Counted from the first letter of the whole stretch, positions 50,245-60,527 are shown. The stretch is DNA of 61,381 nucleotides, filler included, from Candidatus Coatesbacteria bacterium (GCA_016927185.1; 3 parts of 3 records of this genome joined end to end with filler, not necessarily neighbours in it), one strand, 5' to 3'. Notes: generated by a model not told the origin, from the sequence alone. A program made the numbers and translations.

Positions 50245-50919
50245 TTAAATTATATCTTCCAGTCTCAAATCATCGAAACCTCCAGTTATTCTTAACAGCT
50301 GTCCATAAAGGTGATACATTGCAAACATAAGTAATGGTTGTAGAATGAATAAGCCTAATCCCATAGTAAGCATTGCTACAAACCATGCTGCAAAAATCAA
50401 CCCAAAGGAGTATAGAGCTATTTTGAATAAATGACCAAAATTTTCCCTCGTGAACTTAAGAAGCTGAGCAAATGCAAATACCTGCCCGAATTCCTTAACA
50501 AGACTTATTCTTATCCATATTACTGGAGCAATTATGTTCATGAAAAAAGAATATAGAATGCTGAACAGGGACACAAGAATATAAAACACAATCATTACCA
50601 TAATAGAAGCACTTGCATCTGCCTGACTTCCAATAATTCCAAGAAGTATTCCCAATCCAGAAAACAGTATAATAAGTATTGTCATTGGAATTGCAATAAC
50701 AAACATCAGCAAAAACATTGCAAGAAATCCTGTTAATCCCTCCCTGAATAAATCTGAAATCTCGCTTGTTGAAGGAATTGGGTATTCCTTTTCCAGGGCG
50801 ACATTTCTTATTATTCTCATCAGTATACCGATATTGACTATAGGGATGAAGCTCATGAGGACTTTTATTATCCAATCCTTATCCCTTGTTACATAAGTCA
50901 GTGATTCCTTGACATCCAT
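50245..50919 (-). CDS. DUF4013-like membrane protein
   Basis: DKDWIIK start, IPIVNIG, multiple TMs, HLYGQ. Confidence 0.75.
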   Translation of the reverse strand: MDVKESLTYVTRDKDWIIKVLMSFIPIVNIGILMRIIRNVALEKEYPIPSTSEISDLFREGLTGFLAMFLLMFVIAIPMTILIILFSGLGILLGIIGSQADASASIMVMIVFYILVSLFSILYSFFMNIIAPVIWIRISLVKEFGQVFAFAQLLKFTRENFGHLFKIALYSFGLIFAAWFVAMLTMGLGLFILQPLLMFAMYHLYGQLLRITGGFDDLRLEDII

Positions 50920-51049
50920 CAATAATGCCTTTCATTTATATTTCAATTTCCATTCTCACGATACATGTTCTTGAGATTATTGAAACAATTGCAAGCAAAA
51001 AGATATTGTTGGTCTGGACAAAATACTAAATTTCAGGATAAAAGCATGA

Positions 51050-51080
51050 AAAAAGCTAGCCTGTATAGCAAGCTAGCTTT
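51050..51080 (-). terminator. Intrinsic terminator
   Basis: AAAGCTAGC-N11-GCTAGCTTT hairpin with A tract. Confidence 0.75.
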
Positions 51081-51097
51081 AAAAAGTTAATGATGTT

Positions 51098-52078
51098 TTA
51101 GAAAATTATGCCCAAGCCTCCACCAAGAACATGCCATTCATATGGAGTATTCTGACCGCCAATGGTTCCCTGATACATTGCGTTAATATAAAAACCTTCA
51201 CCTGCTCTTATTTCTAGACCAGTGTGAAACATTATATTATTAATCTTGCTTGTTGTTGTGGTTGAACCCATTGTAACTTCATTGTCGGTCATCCCTAAAT
51301 TGCCATTGAAACCTAAAAACCAGAAATAAGTGTTACAGGCAACGTTGATTTTTTCCCTGAAACAGAATGGTATTTCCATTGGTGGTTGCCATTCGCAATC
51401 CATTGCTGGCTGACCAGATTGTTCATAAGTCCATGTTCTTTTCATGCGATATCTAAGTCCAATTAGATATTCAAATGACCAATGCTTGAATTTGAATTCG
51501 AATTGATCACTTTTTACTCTTTCTGGATAAGCTGGGAATGTTCCATTCAATGCAAGCTCAAGATCCATTTGTCCGTCACCAATCTCCAGGCCTTCTTCTT
51601 TTCCTTCAGCAATATCTTTCCATGAACCTGTGGGAATTTTTCCAGCTAGCCTGATATTGAATACAGGATCCTTGGATAAACCGAATCTTGTATAAATCCA
51701 GGTATCGCCTATACCTGAGCTTGAAGTTGTTGAAATTGAATCTTCAAGAGACCTTGAAACAAACTGACCCAATAATCCTGCATCCAGATAATCAGTAATT
51801 GCATAAGTAACACTCAAAGGGACTTTTATTTTTGTATATTTCCCATCATTGGGATATGAAGCCATGTCTTCCTGTTCTGCAGGAACGGTAGTGAAATGAA
51901 AAGCAAATGTGCTGTCAATGTATGAAGCTGCTCTTCCATAATCAACCCAGGCTCTTATTCTGAATACTCCCTGGGAATACATTATAGAGTCGAAATAATC
52001 ATACATAGGATCAGCAGCATAAGCTAGTGTTGAGAATACTAAAAGCATGATAAAGAAAACTTTTTTTGATAAAATCAT
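51098..52078 (-). CDS. Outer-membrane beta-barrel protein (MetA-pathway/transporter-like)
   Basis: Signal peptide, SGIGD, KIPTG, GDGQMD, C-terminal Phe. Confidence 0.7.
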   Translation of the reverse strand: MILSKKVFFIMLLVFSTLAYAADPMYDYFDSIMYSQGVFRIRAWVDYGRAASYIDSTFAFHFTTVPAEQEDMASYPNDGKYTKIKVPLSVTYAITDYLDAGLLGQFVSRSLEDSISTTSSSGIGDTWIYTRFGLSKDPVFNIRLAGKIPTGSWKDIAEGKEEGLEIGDGQMDLELALNGTFPAYPERVKSDQFEFKFKHWSFEYLIGLRYRMKRTWTYEQSGQPAMDCEWQPPMEIPFCFREKINVACNTYFWFLGFNGNLGMTDNEVTMGSTTTTSKINNIMFHTGLEIRAGEGFYINAMYQGTIGGQNTPYEWHVLGGGLGIIF

Positions 52079-52150
52079 CTTTTTCTCCTTTCGTAGAAAT
52101 CTTTACAAAAAACCTATTAAAATTAATAATACAAATTTTTTTCAAAAATG

Positions 52151-52579
52151 TCAACTTAAGTCAGATGTGCAATACAAGCACTTCTTTGCATTTACTGGTA
52201 TGCTTGAACAGCAGTATGGACATTCCTTTGTCAAGACTTCATCTGCTGGTTTTTTCTTGAATCTGTTTACCTGTTTTATAAGAAGGAATATTAATGATGC
52301 TACAATCAGGAAATCTATTATGGTATTAAGGAAAAGGCCGATATTTAGTGTGGGAGCTCCTGCAGCTTTTGCTTCAGCAAGACTTTGAAAGCTTTTTCCT
52401 GAAAGATTTATAAACAGATTAGAGAAATCCATTTTTCCAAGAATCAGTCCAAAGGGAGGCATTATTACATCGTTTACAAAAGAGGTTATTATCTTCCCGA
52501 AAGCGCTTCCTATAATTACACCAACAGCCATATCAATTACATTACCTTTTACTGCGAATTCCTTGAATTCCTTGAACAT
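52151..52579 (-). CDS. mscL: Large-conductance mechanosensitive channel with C-terminal zinc ribbon
   Basis: [28 protein letters not shown]...CLYC tail; AGGAG SD before 52579. Confidence 0.95.
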   Translation of the reverse strand: MFKEFKEFAVKGNVIDMAVGVIIGSAFGKIITSFVNDVIMPPFGLILGKMDFSNLFINLSGKSFQSLAEAKAAGAPTLNIGLFLNTIIDFLIVASLIFLLIKQVNRFKKKPADEVLTKECPYCCSSIPVNAKKCLYCTSDLS

Positions 52580-52862
52580 AGCCTTCTCCTGATTCAGAAA
52601 ATATATTTTTTCATATGTTTTAAAAAAGAGTTTTTTGTCAAGGAGTTTAAAAAATTTCAGTGGAAAAGCTATCATTAATTTATTATACGCAGAATTAAAG
52701 TTTATTATTATCAATGCACTATTATAAATAAAAATTATTGTTTTTAAAGCATGTCTTGATATTTAATAGTTTTAACAGAAAAATTATGCTTTGACAGTTA
52801 AATCTTGTTGTTAATGATCTTCCCAAGAGTATTTTAAATAAGCAAGTTCCATGGTTAACAGA

Positions 52863-53444
52863 TTATTTCTCCGAACTCTCTCCCAACAATATTTTCCGAA
52901 GATCCCTTGACAAATACTTCATGTCTACGTTGTTTCTTGTTCCTGCATATGCAGATTCATATTTCCAGATCTGCTTTCCATTGAGAAAGTCGGTTATAAG
53001 CAATACATGATCCAGAGTAATCATGCTTGCAACAGGTTCCTCTCTGTCTACATATTTGATGCTTATTTTTACAAGAGGAAGCTTATTGCCAGCATTTTTA
53101 TTGCATAAGGGACACAAGTAGCTATCATCCAGAGTAATATTTATTCCCTTGATACTGTTGATGCTGTTTCTTGCTTCCCTCAACCTTACATAAATATTCA
53201 ATTTGCAGTCATATTCTTTTTTGCACTTGCTGCAAATCATTTTCCTGTATTCATTTTCTCCCTTGATAGGGATCTCTTTCTGCCAGCTAGGTTCGTCTAG
53301 TCTTTTTCTTTTATCTAGTGAATCAAGCCTTGCTTTAATTGATTTATATGTCATTTGTGATTCTCCTGAGGTTTCAGGACTTTTGCCCTTACAACAAATC
53401 AGAAAGACAATATGTATTATCAACAAGAAGGGAAGAAATCTCAT
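52863..53444 (-). CDS. Lipoprotein with two CxxC motifs (paralog B)
   Basis: Signal peptide ending ICC; CSKC, CPLC. Confidence 0.75.
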   Translation of the reverse strand: MRFLPFLLIIHIVFLICCKGKSPETSGESQMTYKSIKARLDSLDKRKRLDEPSWQKEIPIKGENEYRKMICSKCKKEYDCKLNIYVRLREARNSINSIKGINITLDDSYLCPLCNKNAGNKLPLVKISIKYVDREEPVASMITLDHVLLITDFLNGKQIWKYESAYAGTRNNVDMKYLSRDLRKILLGESSEK

Positions 53445-53445
53445 T

Positions 53446-54081
53446 TTACTTCCCGAGAAAGATCTTCCTGAATTCGCTTACATGCGTTTTCATGTCAGAT
53501 TCAAAGTCCATCTTGTCCTTGTAAACACGGTTTCCTGCCAGAAACTGTGAGATTATGTTGAGCTGATAAACATGAATTGTATTTTCCAAAGAGTCTTTCC
53601 TTTCAGGATAATATACTATGAATTTAACTGTATCACCTTTTTTGTCTGGATTGCAATGAAGGCACAAGCTTTCTTCCTTTATGATTATTTTCATTCCACC
53701 TTTTATGGCGGAGAATTTTCTCTTTGAGGATTCAACTAACTGAATTAAGTCAGACGGATATTTCGTTACTTTGTGGCATATGGGGCAGGTAAAATTCCCG
53801 GGCTGACCTTTGGCAGGACCTGCTGCATAGCACATTGCTCCTGGTTTCAAATCAGTAAGTGGAGGTGATTTGGCAATTGAATCAAGAAGTGACTCCATTT
53901 CTGAATATGATCTGTATTCCCTTTCTATCTCCGTTTTGGTCTTATATGGTTGCTTTTCATCTTTTTTCCTGTCATAATTCCTGCTTTTGGTTCCTGGATT
54001 TGCATCATTTGATCCTTTTTCACATGAATATGATATAGATGCAATAACAAGACCAAGCAATATGGAAGGAGCCAGTCTCAT
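53446..54081 (-). CDS. Lipoprotein with two CxxC motifs (paralog A)
   Basis: Signal peptide ending SYSC; GAMCY, CPIC, CLHC. Confidence 0.75.
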   Translation of the reverse strand: MRLAPSILLGLVIASISYSCEKGSNDANPGTKSRNYDRKKDEKQPYKTKTEIEREYRSYSEMESLLDSIAKSPPLTDLKPGAMCYAAGPAKGQPGNFTCPICHKVTKYPSDLIQLVESSKRKFSAIKGGMKIIIKEESLCLHCNPDKKGDTVKFIVYYPERKDSLENTIHVYQLNIISQFLAGNRVYKDKMDFESDMKTHVSEFRKIFLGK

Positions 54082-54101
54082 TTTTCCCCCTATTGTTTCG
54101 C

Positions 54102-54857
54102 TTATTCAAGAAGCTTGTTTGTCCATTTTCTTGCTTTTTCGAATTTTTCCTTCAAGTCTTTTTCATCCTTGATGAAATACAAGGAGCTAAGTTTTTTTAT
54201 TATATCATCAGGAAGCTCATAATGTATGTATTTAGTCCTGAAATTATAATGAAAGGGAGTATGAATAATGCGTAATGCGATTATCAGTGAATTAAGAGCA
54301 AAATTGTAATAGAAATCGACCGCTTCTATATAGTTTTTCCTTTTCATTTCCTTTTCAAAAAATATGCTGAACATCTCAGTCCTGATTTTCAGCTTTTCTT
54401 TGACTTCTTTCAGTTTCTTGTTGAATTCCTTTTTGTTGATGGATTTACAGAAAGTGAATTTACCCTTATCGAAGTATATCCTGGGCTCGTTATGGATTTC
54501 CCTTTCAAGATATTTATACTTTGCATCAATCGGGAATATGGCAAGATCAATAAGCATGAACTTGCTTATATCAGCAAGTCTGTAGAATTTCTGGTAAAAA
54601 CCTTCTGCTCTTGCAGCTGGAACGTCATAGATGATGTCTATCGGGGAGATTTTCATCAGGCATTTTTTCACTTTCCGAAAGACATTTTCTATCTCTTTTT
54701 CTTCTGCAATAACCATCAGGTCTATATCGCTCCATTCATCAGTCCTGTTGAAGGATGTTGAACCTGCTTCCCACATTGCTTTTACATAATCAAGTGGCTC
54801 AAGTATATCTACAATAAGATCAATAATTTCCTGTCTTTTCTTCATCTTTTTGTTCAT
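54102..54857 (-). CDS. Pol-beta superfamily nucleotidyltransferase
   Basis: GS...DEWSDIDL motif plus helical C-terminal domain. Confidence 0.82.
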   Translation of the reverse strand: MNKKMKKRQEIIDLIVDILEPLDYVKAMWEAGSTSFNRTDEWSDIDLMVIAEEKEIENVFRKVKKCLMKISPIDIIYDVPAARAEGFYQKFYRLADISKFMLIDLAIFPIDAKYKYLEREIHNEPRIYFDKGKFTFCKSINKKEFNKKLKEVKEKLKIRTEMFSIFFEKEMKRKNYIEAVDFYYNFALNSLIIALRIIHTPFHYNFRTKYIHYELPDDIIKKLSSLYFIKDEKDLKEKFEKARKWTNKLLE

Positions 54858-54875
54858 TTCATCTCCTTGTATTCA

Positions 54876-54977
54876 CTATTCAGCATCCTTAACTTTCAGT
54901 ATTCTTTCATCGGAATTAGCACGCAGGGTAGGTGCATACATTGCAGAAGCTAAAGCAGGCAGGGCATGGAATGTACC
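54876..54977 (-). CDS. 3' end of an unknown gene at the contig edge (...GTFHALPALASAMYAPTLRANSDERILKVKDAE*)
   Basis: Open from the gap to a TAG just upstream of the next gene's SD. Confidence 0.45.
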   Translation of the reverse strand, partial: GTFHALPALASAMYAPTLRANSDERILKVKDAE

Positions 54978-54978
54978 C

Positions 54979-55078
54979 NNNNNNNNNNNNNNNNNNNNNN
55001 NNNNNNNNNNNNNNNNNNNNNNTTAATTAATTAANNNNNNNNNNNNNNNNNNNNNNNNNNNNNNNNNNNNNNNNNNNN
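54979..55078. other. Artificial contig spacer
   Basis: 100-nt N block with TTAATTAATTAA. Confidence 0.98.
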
Positions 55079-56502
55079 ACTGTCCAGAGATATGTCTTGT
55101 TCTGGGCATTGGAGTAATTGGCAACTTTATCCTCCAGCCATGAAGCTCCTCCATCTGTTGAGCCATATATATTGACATTTTTCATGTTAGCAGAGCAATC
55201 CCATGTCAAATAGTACTTATGACCATTATAGAAGGTTTCTCCACCTTTTGGATAAGTCATTGCAACTGAGCGTTGCTGTCCAATACCAAAAACTCCATCG
55301 GTTATTGCAGCACCAATAGCACATTTTCCTTGTCTTGTATGTTCAACATCTTCCAGTTTTATCTTGCACTTTGTTGATTCAACATTAGGAACAGTCCATG
55401 TATAAGATTGAGGTGCAGCATCAACATTTGAAGCGACAAGATTATAAGTGCCACCAGTATCTGATGAAAAATAGATGTTAACTTTGTTAACACCCTGGCT
55501 ATGCCATTCTATATTGGTAGTTGTTCCTGAAGCATAAAATTTATTTGGATAGGGGCTTTTATACCATAGGTGATTTGCAATATTATTCAGAATAACATAA
55601 GCCTGCCCTGCAGATCCAATTCTATCGCCTCTTCCTATTCTCACACGTGCATATCCTGATTCACCCCAGTTGGTTCCCCAGCTATTCTTTACAATCCAGT
55701 AGTTTTCAGGATGATTGTAACCGATTATGCATATCATATGACCTCCACCGTATCCAGAATTCTCATCACATTCGTAGATACCGCCTTTGTAGTACTGCCA
55801 ATCATTATAAACCCTCATAGCTGCAAAAACGCATCCCTTGTTAGCAAGAGCGTCTTTTATCCCATCATAATTTCCATGAGGTGTTATAGCAACCATCTCC
55901 TGTATTTGTTGTTGTGTAAAGTCCCAATCAGTGCATCTACCATCACATGTAGCATTTTTTGCTTCATAAGGCCAGCAGGTTTCCCATGGGACTCCATGTG
56001 TTTCCATCCATCTTGCAAGATCATATGCTTGAGAACCACCACAACTACCACCCGAGAAGCAATCAGATACAACATACTGCTCGGAAAGATCAGGAAAGAT
56101 CTTATCCATATTCAAATTAATCTTTATCTGGGCTTCTATTGCAGCAAATGTTCCAAATGCCCAGCATGCACCGCATTGCTTTTGATCCTTAATTGGTGTT
56201 GTATAGTCTTTTCCTCCCAAGTCACGCCAGTCAACATAATCAGGGAAGCCAACCTTGCTGTTAACATGCTGTTTCATTCCGCTTATATCAAGCCCACCAT
56301 CTTTGATTCCATTGAAATACAATTTCTTTATTTCTTTAGGAAGTTTTGAAATGCTGGTCTCACCAGCTACCCAACTGAAACCATTTCTTTTTATACTTGC
56401 ACGGGTATCTTCCAGTGTCCATTCCTTAGCAAATGCAGGAGTAACAATGGAAATAATCAGCAATCCGCACAATAAAACAAAAAGAACCTTTCCTTTGTTC
56501 AT
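55079..56502 (-). CDS. Secreted papain-family (C1A) cysteine protease with Ig-like domains, 3'-truncated
   Basis: DWR, QKQCGACWAF, GGH, KNSWGTNWG, YPKGGE Ig repeat. Confidence 0.92.
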
Positions 56503-56567
56503 TTTTACCTCCTTTGTACCGTACTGAAAATTAATTACGCTTTACGTTATAATAATTAATATAAACT

Positions 56568-56627
56568 TGTCAAGACAAAAATATTTGAGTTAAAAACCAA
56601 CTATCAATGCATTTAAAACTCTTGACT
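56568..56627. promoter_or_regulatory. Divergent -35 hexamers for the protease and ABC permeases
   Basis: TTGACA minus 56568-56573 and TTGACT plus 56622-56627 (32 nt to ATG 56659). Confidence 0.6.
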
Positions 56628-56658
56628 AAAACAATTCTCTTTCTATTCCTGAACAGAA

Positions 56659-57594
56659 ATGAAACTGTTTTCAAAGAAAATCATTTTTTTGTTTCTTATT
56701 CCAACTCTGTCTGTTGTAATTTGCTTTAAACTTATTCCCATAATATATGCATTCATTCTATCTTTTTACAATGCTCCTTTAGGTATGCTTGAAGGATTCA
56801 TAAGTTTTGGCAATTACAGGGAATTGCTTTCAAGCAAAGACTTCTATACTGTCCTTCTTCAAACTTTCTATTTTGTAATCTGTGCACTTCCTTTTGAAAT
56901 CGGAATTGCACTTTTTTTTGCTATTCTGTTGAATAGGCAGCTAAAAGGCCTTAGTTTATACAGAACAGTCTATTTTCTTCCAGTAGTAACTTCAGTAGTG
57001 GCAGTTGCAATAGTATGGAAATGGATTTTCAAGGTTGATGGAGGACTAGCCAATCAATTTCTTGGATTATTTGGTTCGCAGGGATTGAAATGGCTTGAAG
57101 AACCAAGAGGAATTTTCATACTAATGGCAAATTCACTAGGATTTTCTATCCCGTCTTACCTTGAAGGACCAAGTCTTGCTCTTGTATCGGTTATAGTATT
57201 CAGTGTCTGGAAAGCACTTGGATACAATCTTATTATATTTATGTCTGGTCTCAAGAATATCCCTGATGAATTGTATGAAGCAGCAAAAATTGATGGTGCT
57301 TCAAATTGGCAACAATTCAGGCATATTACTTTACCATTATTAAGTCCAACCACTTTCTATATTCTCATAATGTCAACAATAGGAACATTCCAGGCTTTCA
57401 ATCAGATATATATAATGACAGAAGGTGGACCAATAGGAACAACAAAAGTAATAGTATATTATTTATATGAACAAGCTTTTGACAGCCACAGAATGGGTTA
57501 TGCAAGTGCTATCAGCTTGGTTCTGTTTGTTATTATTCTTACATTAACTTTAGTACAAAGAAAAGTAGCAGAAAAAAGAGTATTTTATGGATAG
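56659..57594 (+). CDS. Carbohydrate ABC transporter permease
   Basis: EAAKIDGA loop, six TMs. Confidence 0.93.
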   Translation: MKLFSKKIIFLFLIPTLSVVICFKLIPIIYAFILSFYNAPLGMLEGFISFGNYRELLSSKDFYTVLLQTFYFVICALPFEIGIALFFAILLNRQLKGLSLYRTVYFLPVVTSVVAVAIVWKWIFKVDGGLANQFLGLFGSQGLKWLEEPRGIFILMANSLGFSIPSYLEGPSLALVSVIVFSVWKALGYNLIIFMSGLKNIPDELYEAAKIDGASNWQQFRHITLPLLSPTTFYILIMSTIGTFQAFNQIYIMTEGGPIGTTKVIVYYLYEQAFDSHRMGYASAISLVLFVIILTLTLVQRKVAEKRVFYG

Positions 57595-57597
57595 AAT

Positions 57598-58410
57598 ATG
57601 CACAAGAAACTTTTAATTCATTTGATATTGATCATCTTTGGAATAACAATGATGACTCCATTTATATGGATGCTATTAACATCATTCAAATCCCCACAGG
57701 AGGCTATTTCACAGGATTTTCATCTTTTACCAGATAAAATTGACTTAAGCAATTATATAAAAGCCTGGAAAAAAGTACCATTTACTATTTATTTCGAGAA
57801 TACAATAATAATGACTTTATTTGTGACATTGATAGTTTTAATGACATCAAGTCTTGCTGCTTTCATCTTTGCATGGGCTGATTTCAAGGGCAAGGATGTT
57901 ATTTTCTATTTTCTATTATCAATGATGATGGTTCCTATGCCTGTATTTCTCATTCCAAACTATATCATACTTGATAAACTTAACTGGCTGGATACTTTTT
58001 ATGCTCTTATTGTTCCATGGAGTATCAATATTTTTTCTATTTTTCTTCTCAGGCAGCATTTCAAGACTATTCCAAAGGATTTGATAGAAGCAGCTGTAAT
58101 AGATGGTTGTACCCCTTTGAAAATCCTATGGCATGTAGTTATACCATTATCAAAACCATCTCTTGTTACAGTTGGAATATTCAATATAATTGGAACCTGG
58201 AACAGCTTTATGTGGCCACTTGTTGTTACAAATAGTGATGATATGAGGGTAATCCAGGTAGGTTTGTCTTTCTTTAACCAGGGTGAAGGGACACAATGGA
58301 CGTTGCAAATGGCAGCAGCTACTTTCACAATAATCCCTGTTTTGATAATTTACTTCATTGCGCAGAGAGGAATTATGGCTAATTTTGCAAGAAGTGGCAT
58401 CAAAGGATAA
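57598..58410 (+). CDS. Carbohydrate ABC transporter permease
   Basis: EAAVIDG loop, WNSFMWP. Confidence 0.93.
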   Translation: MHKKLLIHLILIIFGITMMTPFIWMLLTSFKSPQEAISQDFHLLPDKIDLSNYIKAWKKVPFTIYFENTIIMTLFVTLIVLMTSSLAAFIFAWADFKGKDVIFYFLLSMMMVPMPVFLIPNYIILDKLNWLDTFYALIVPWSINIFSIFLLRQHFKTIPKDLIEAAVIDGCTPLKILWHVVIPLSKPSLVTVGIFNIIGTWNSFMWPLVVTNSDDMRVIQVGLSFFNQGEGTQWTLQMAAATFTIIPVLIIYFIAQRGIMANFARSGIKG

Positions 58411-59518
58411 ACTAAGGTGGGTTTTTGCAAAACCTCATTTCGGTTTTAAGCTGGATGAAGTATCTTCTGAGTTATTGAATTTAATAAGCTATTATCCATT
58501 AACAGAAGATGATTGTAAAAAGGCTTTTGGTCTCGCAGAAAAAATGGTGGACTGGGATATCTTTTTTTCTTGCTCAGAAAACCAGAAAACAATACAAACA
58601 ATTGGCTATCATCTAGATAATGATTTATCTGATCTCAAGGTTCCTGAATTAATGAAAGAAAAAACTATTGATAAGTACAAAAGCAACCTTGCATTTAATA
58701 TTATAAGAACCGAGAAAATAATGCGATTTATTGATAGAATTGCTAAAGACCATGAAGTAATAATACTTAAGGGGTTACTATTTAATGAAGTAATTTATGA
58801 TAATCCGGGACTAAGATCAATGGTAGATTTTGATATTATGGTTAGACTGGAAGACCTTGAAAATATTGAAAAATTATTGAAAGAAATGGGCTTGAATAGA
58901 CCAAGGGAAAAAAAATTTGCTGCATGGGAAAATAGAAGTCATCATTTATTATTCGAATATAAAACAACTGAAGCCTCCTTACTGATTGAAGTTCATAGAT
59001 TATTGTTTACTGAAGGAATAATATTTCCCGATTATAATGATATCTGGAAGAATATTATTCCTGTCAATTTTTCCAATGAAACAATGTACAGAATGGATAA
59101 TGAAAGATTGTGCCTTTATACAATATTGACTCTAGCAATGCAAAGTTTTGCAATAAATCTAAGACGTCTTATTGACATTGTTACGATAGCTAATAGCTTC
59201 CCAATTAATTGGGATATTGTAAGAAATCTTGCTCAAAAATGGCAGGCTAATAATTTCCTTGAAATTGCTGCATTAATAATGAAATCATATTATCCTGAAA
59301 TTTCTTTCAAAATTACGAAGCAAGTTTCACTTCCAAGTTTTGATAAAAAAGTCTTTAATTACTATTTTGATGAAAAAAACTACAGGTTTTACAAATATAA
59401 TTTCACATTTCATAGACATAGATTAAATGCATATTTCCTTACAGAGAAAAAAGTCAATTATTTCAAACTGCTAAGCAAGAGTCTTTTTAATGCAATACTT
59501 CACGGTTATCCAGATTGA
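58358..59518 (+). CDS. Nucleotidyltransferase family protein (NTP_transf_5-like); start uncertain, GTG 58394 possible
   Basis: ILKG, Y...GLRSMVDFDIMV, IEVH, LIDI motifs. Confidence 0.85.
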   Translation: MRREELWLILQEVASKDKLRWVFAKPHFGFKLDEVSSELLNLISYYPLTEDDCKKAFGLAEKMVDWDIFFSCSENQKTIQTIGYHLDNDLSDLKVPELMKEKTIDKYKSNLAFNIIRTEKIMRFIDRIAKDHEVIILKGLLFNEVIYDNPGLRSMVDFDIMVRLEDLENIEKLLKEMGLNRPREKKFAAWENRSHHLLFEYKTTEASLLIEVHRLLFTEGIIFPDYNDIWKNIIPVNFSNETMYRMDNERLCLYTILTLAMQSFAINLRRLIDIVTIANSFPINWDIVRNLAQKWQANNFLEIAALIMKSYYPEISFKITKQVSLPSFDKKVFNYYFDEKNYRFYKYNFTFHRHRLNAYFLTEKKVNYFKLLSKSLFNAILHGYPD

Positions 59519-59610
59519 CAAATTGCTTGACTAATATATAGTTGATATTGAACTCCTGCTAAAAAATAAGTGCGGCACTAAATTTGCTTAATACTCATTG
59601 GGAAGATTCT

Positions 59611-60252
59611 ATGCAAATACAAGTAGGTCCTTTGAATATAGGCTTTGTTGGTTTAAAACCAATATGGACAAAACATTTTGAAATATGGAAAAGCAAATGT
59701 AATAGCAAAAGTTGTTGCTATAAGTTGGATTATGAGGATTCCTGTTTTTTTAGATCAAGACTTATGGATATCATAGATAGCGAATGCAAAAACCATACTA
59801 CCATTTGTTTGCACAGTCTGGGTGTTCTCCATGATGAAAAAGTACTGCTCTTTATTGGAAAAAGTGGAAGCGGTAAAAGTACATTGGCAAACAAGTTTCG
59901 CGAAATAGAGAATTGCAAAGTGTTTAGTGAAGAAGGGAATTTAGTTGACTATGATAAAGTTCCGATAATAGCTTTCGATACTCCTATTAGAGGCAAAGAA
60001 GACAAATCTTCAGGTTATCCTCAATCTGGAGAGGTGAAAAGTATCTATTTCTTGAATCAAGACATATCAAACAGGATAGAGAAATTGGATATACTAAGTA
60101 TCGTAGAGAACATTTATGCAAATCACTGGTATAACTTGGACCAGAATTTTTTCGCAGAAAGGGTTTTGGATTTTGTTTCAGTAGCATCACCGTCAATTCC
60201 ATTCTTTAATCTCTATTTTAATAAAAAACTGGATGTAAGAGAACTACTATGA
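59611..60252 (+). CDS. HprK-related P-loop kinase (ScmC-like)
   Basis: LHSLGV...LFIGKSGSGKST, SEE, TP, IYFLNQ...NRI. Confidence 0.78.
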   Translation: MQIQVGPLNIGFVGLKPIWTKHFEIWKSKCNSKSCCYKLDYEDSCFFRSRLMDIIDSECKNHTTICLHSLGVLHDEKVLLFIGKSGSGKSTLANKFREIENCKVFSEEGNLVDYDKVPIIAFDTPIRGKEDKSSGYPQSGEVKSIYFLNQDISNRIEKLDILSIVENIYANHWYNLDQNFFAERVLDFVSVASPSIPFFNLYFNKKLDVRELL

Positions 60253-60527
60253 CAGATAATCTTCCATTAAGAAGTAAGCTAGTAGCGTACAGGAATATGC
60301 AGAATGAGATGGTTTTAGTACATAAGAAGACCCAGATGATGCTTCAATTGAATAAAATGGGAGCTTATATCTGGGAACAACTTGACGGGAAGAAAACTTT
60401 TAACGATATTATAGTAATGATAAAAAACAGCTTTGAAGTGGATGAAAATGAGGATATTGAAAAAGACGTAACAGATTTCATCAAAAGTCTAGAAGAAAAC
60501 CAGATGATAGATTATGTCAGAGTATAA
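60249..60527 (+). CDS. PqqD family RiPP recognition element
   Basis: LNKMGAYIWEQLDGKKT...FEV...DVTDFIKSL. Confidence 0.9.
   Translation: MTDNLPLRSKLVAYRNMQNEMVLVHKKTQMMLQLNKMGAYIWEQLDGKKTFNDIIVMIKNSFEVDENEDIEKDVTDFIKSLEENQMIDYVRV

Noticed and set aside
52151-52230. Zinc-ribbon tail on MscL as a novelty
   Set aside because: CxxC-CxxC tails are already seen in a subset of MscL proteins
54916-54978. Cys-rich minus-strand peptide GYIPCPACFSFCNVCTYPAC* as a possible RiPP precursor
   Set aside because: The TGC codons are the shadow of an Ala-rich neighbouring frame (NNT-GCN) that runs on to a stop beside the next SD; it is also on a different contig from the PqqD cassette
55711-56349. 212-aa plus-strand ORF and the many other short antisense or nested ORFs in the track
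   Set aside because: Shadows of well-supported genes, with no motifs or initiation signals
59519-59610. Gap between NTase and kinase as a precursor or sRNA site
   Set aside because: No credible ORF or stable structure; it contains TTGACA/TTGACT hexamers, so it is more likely an internal promoter
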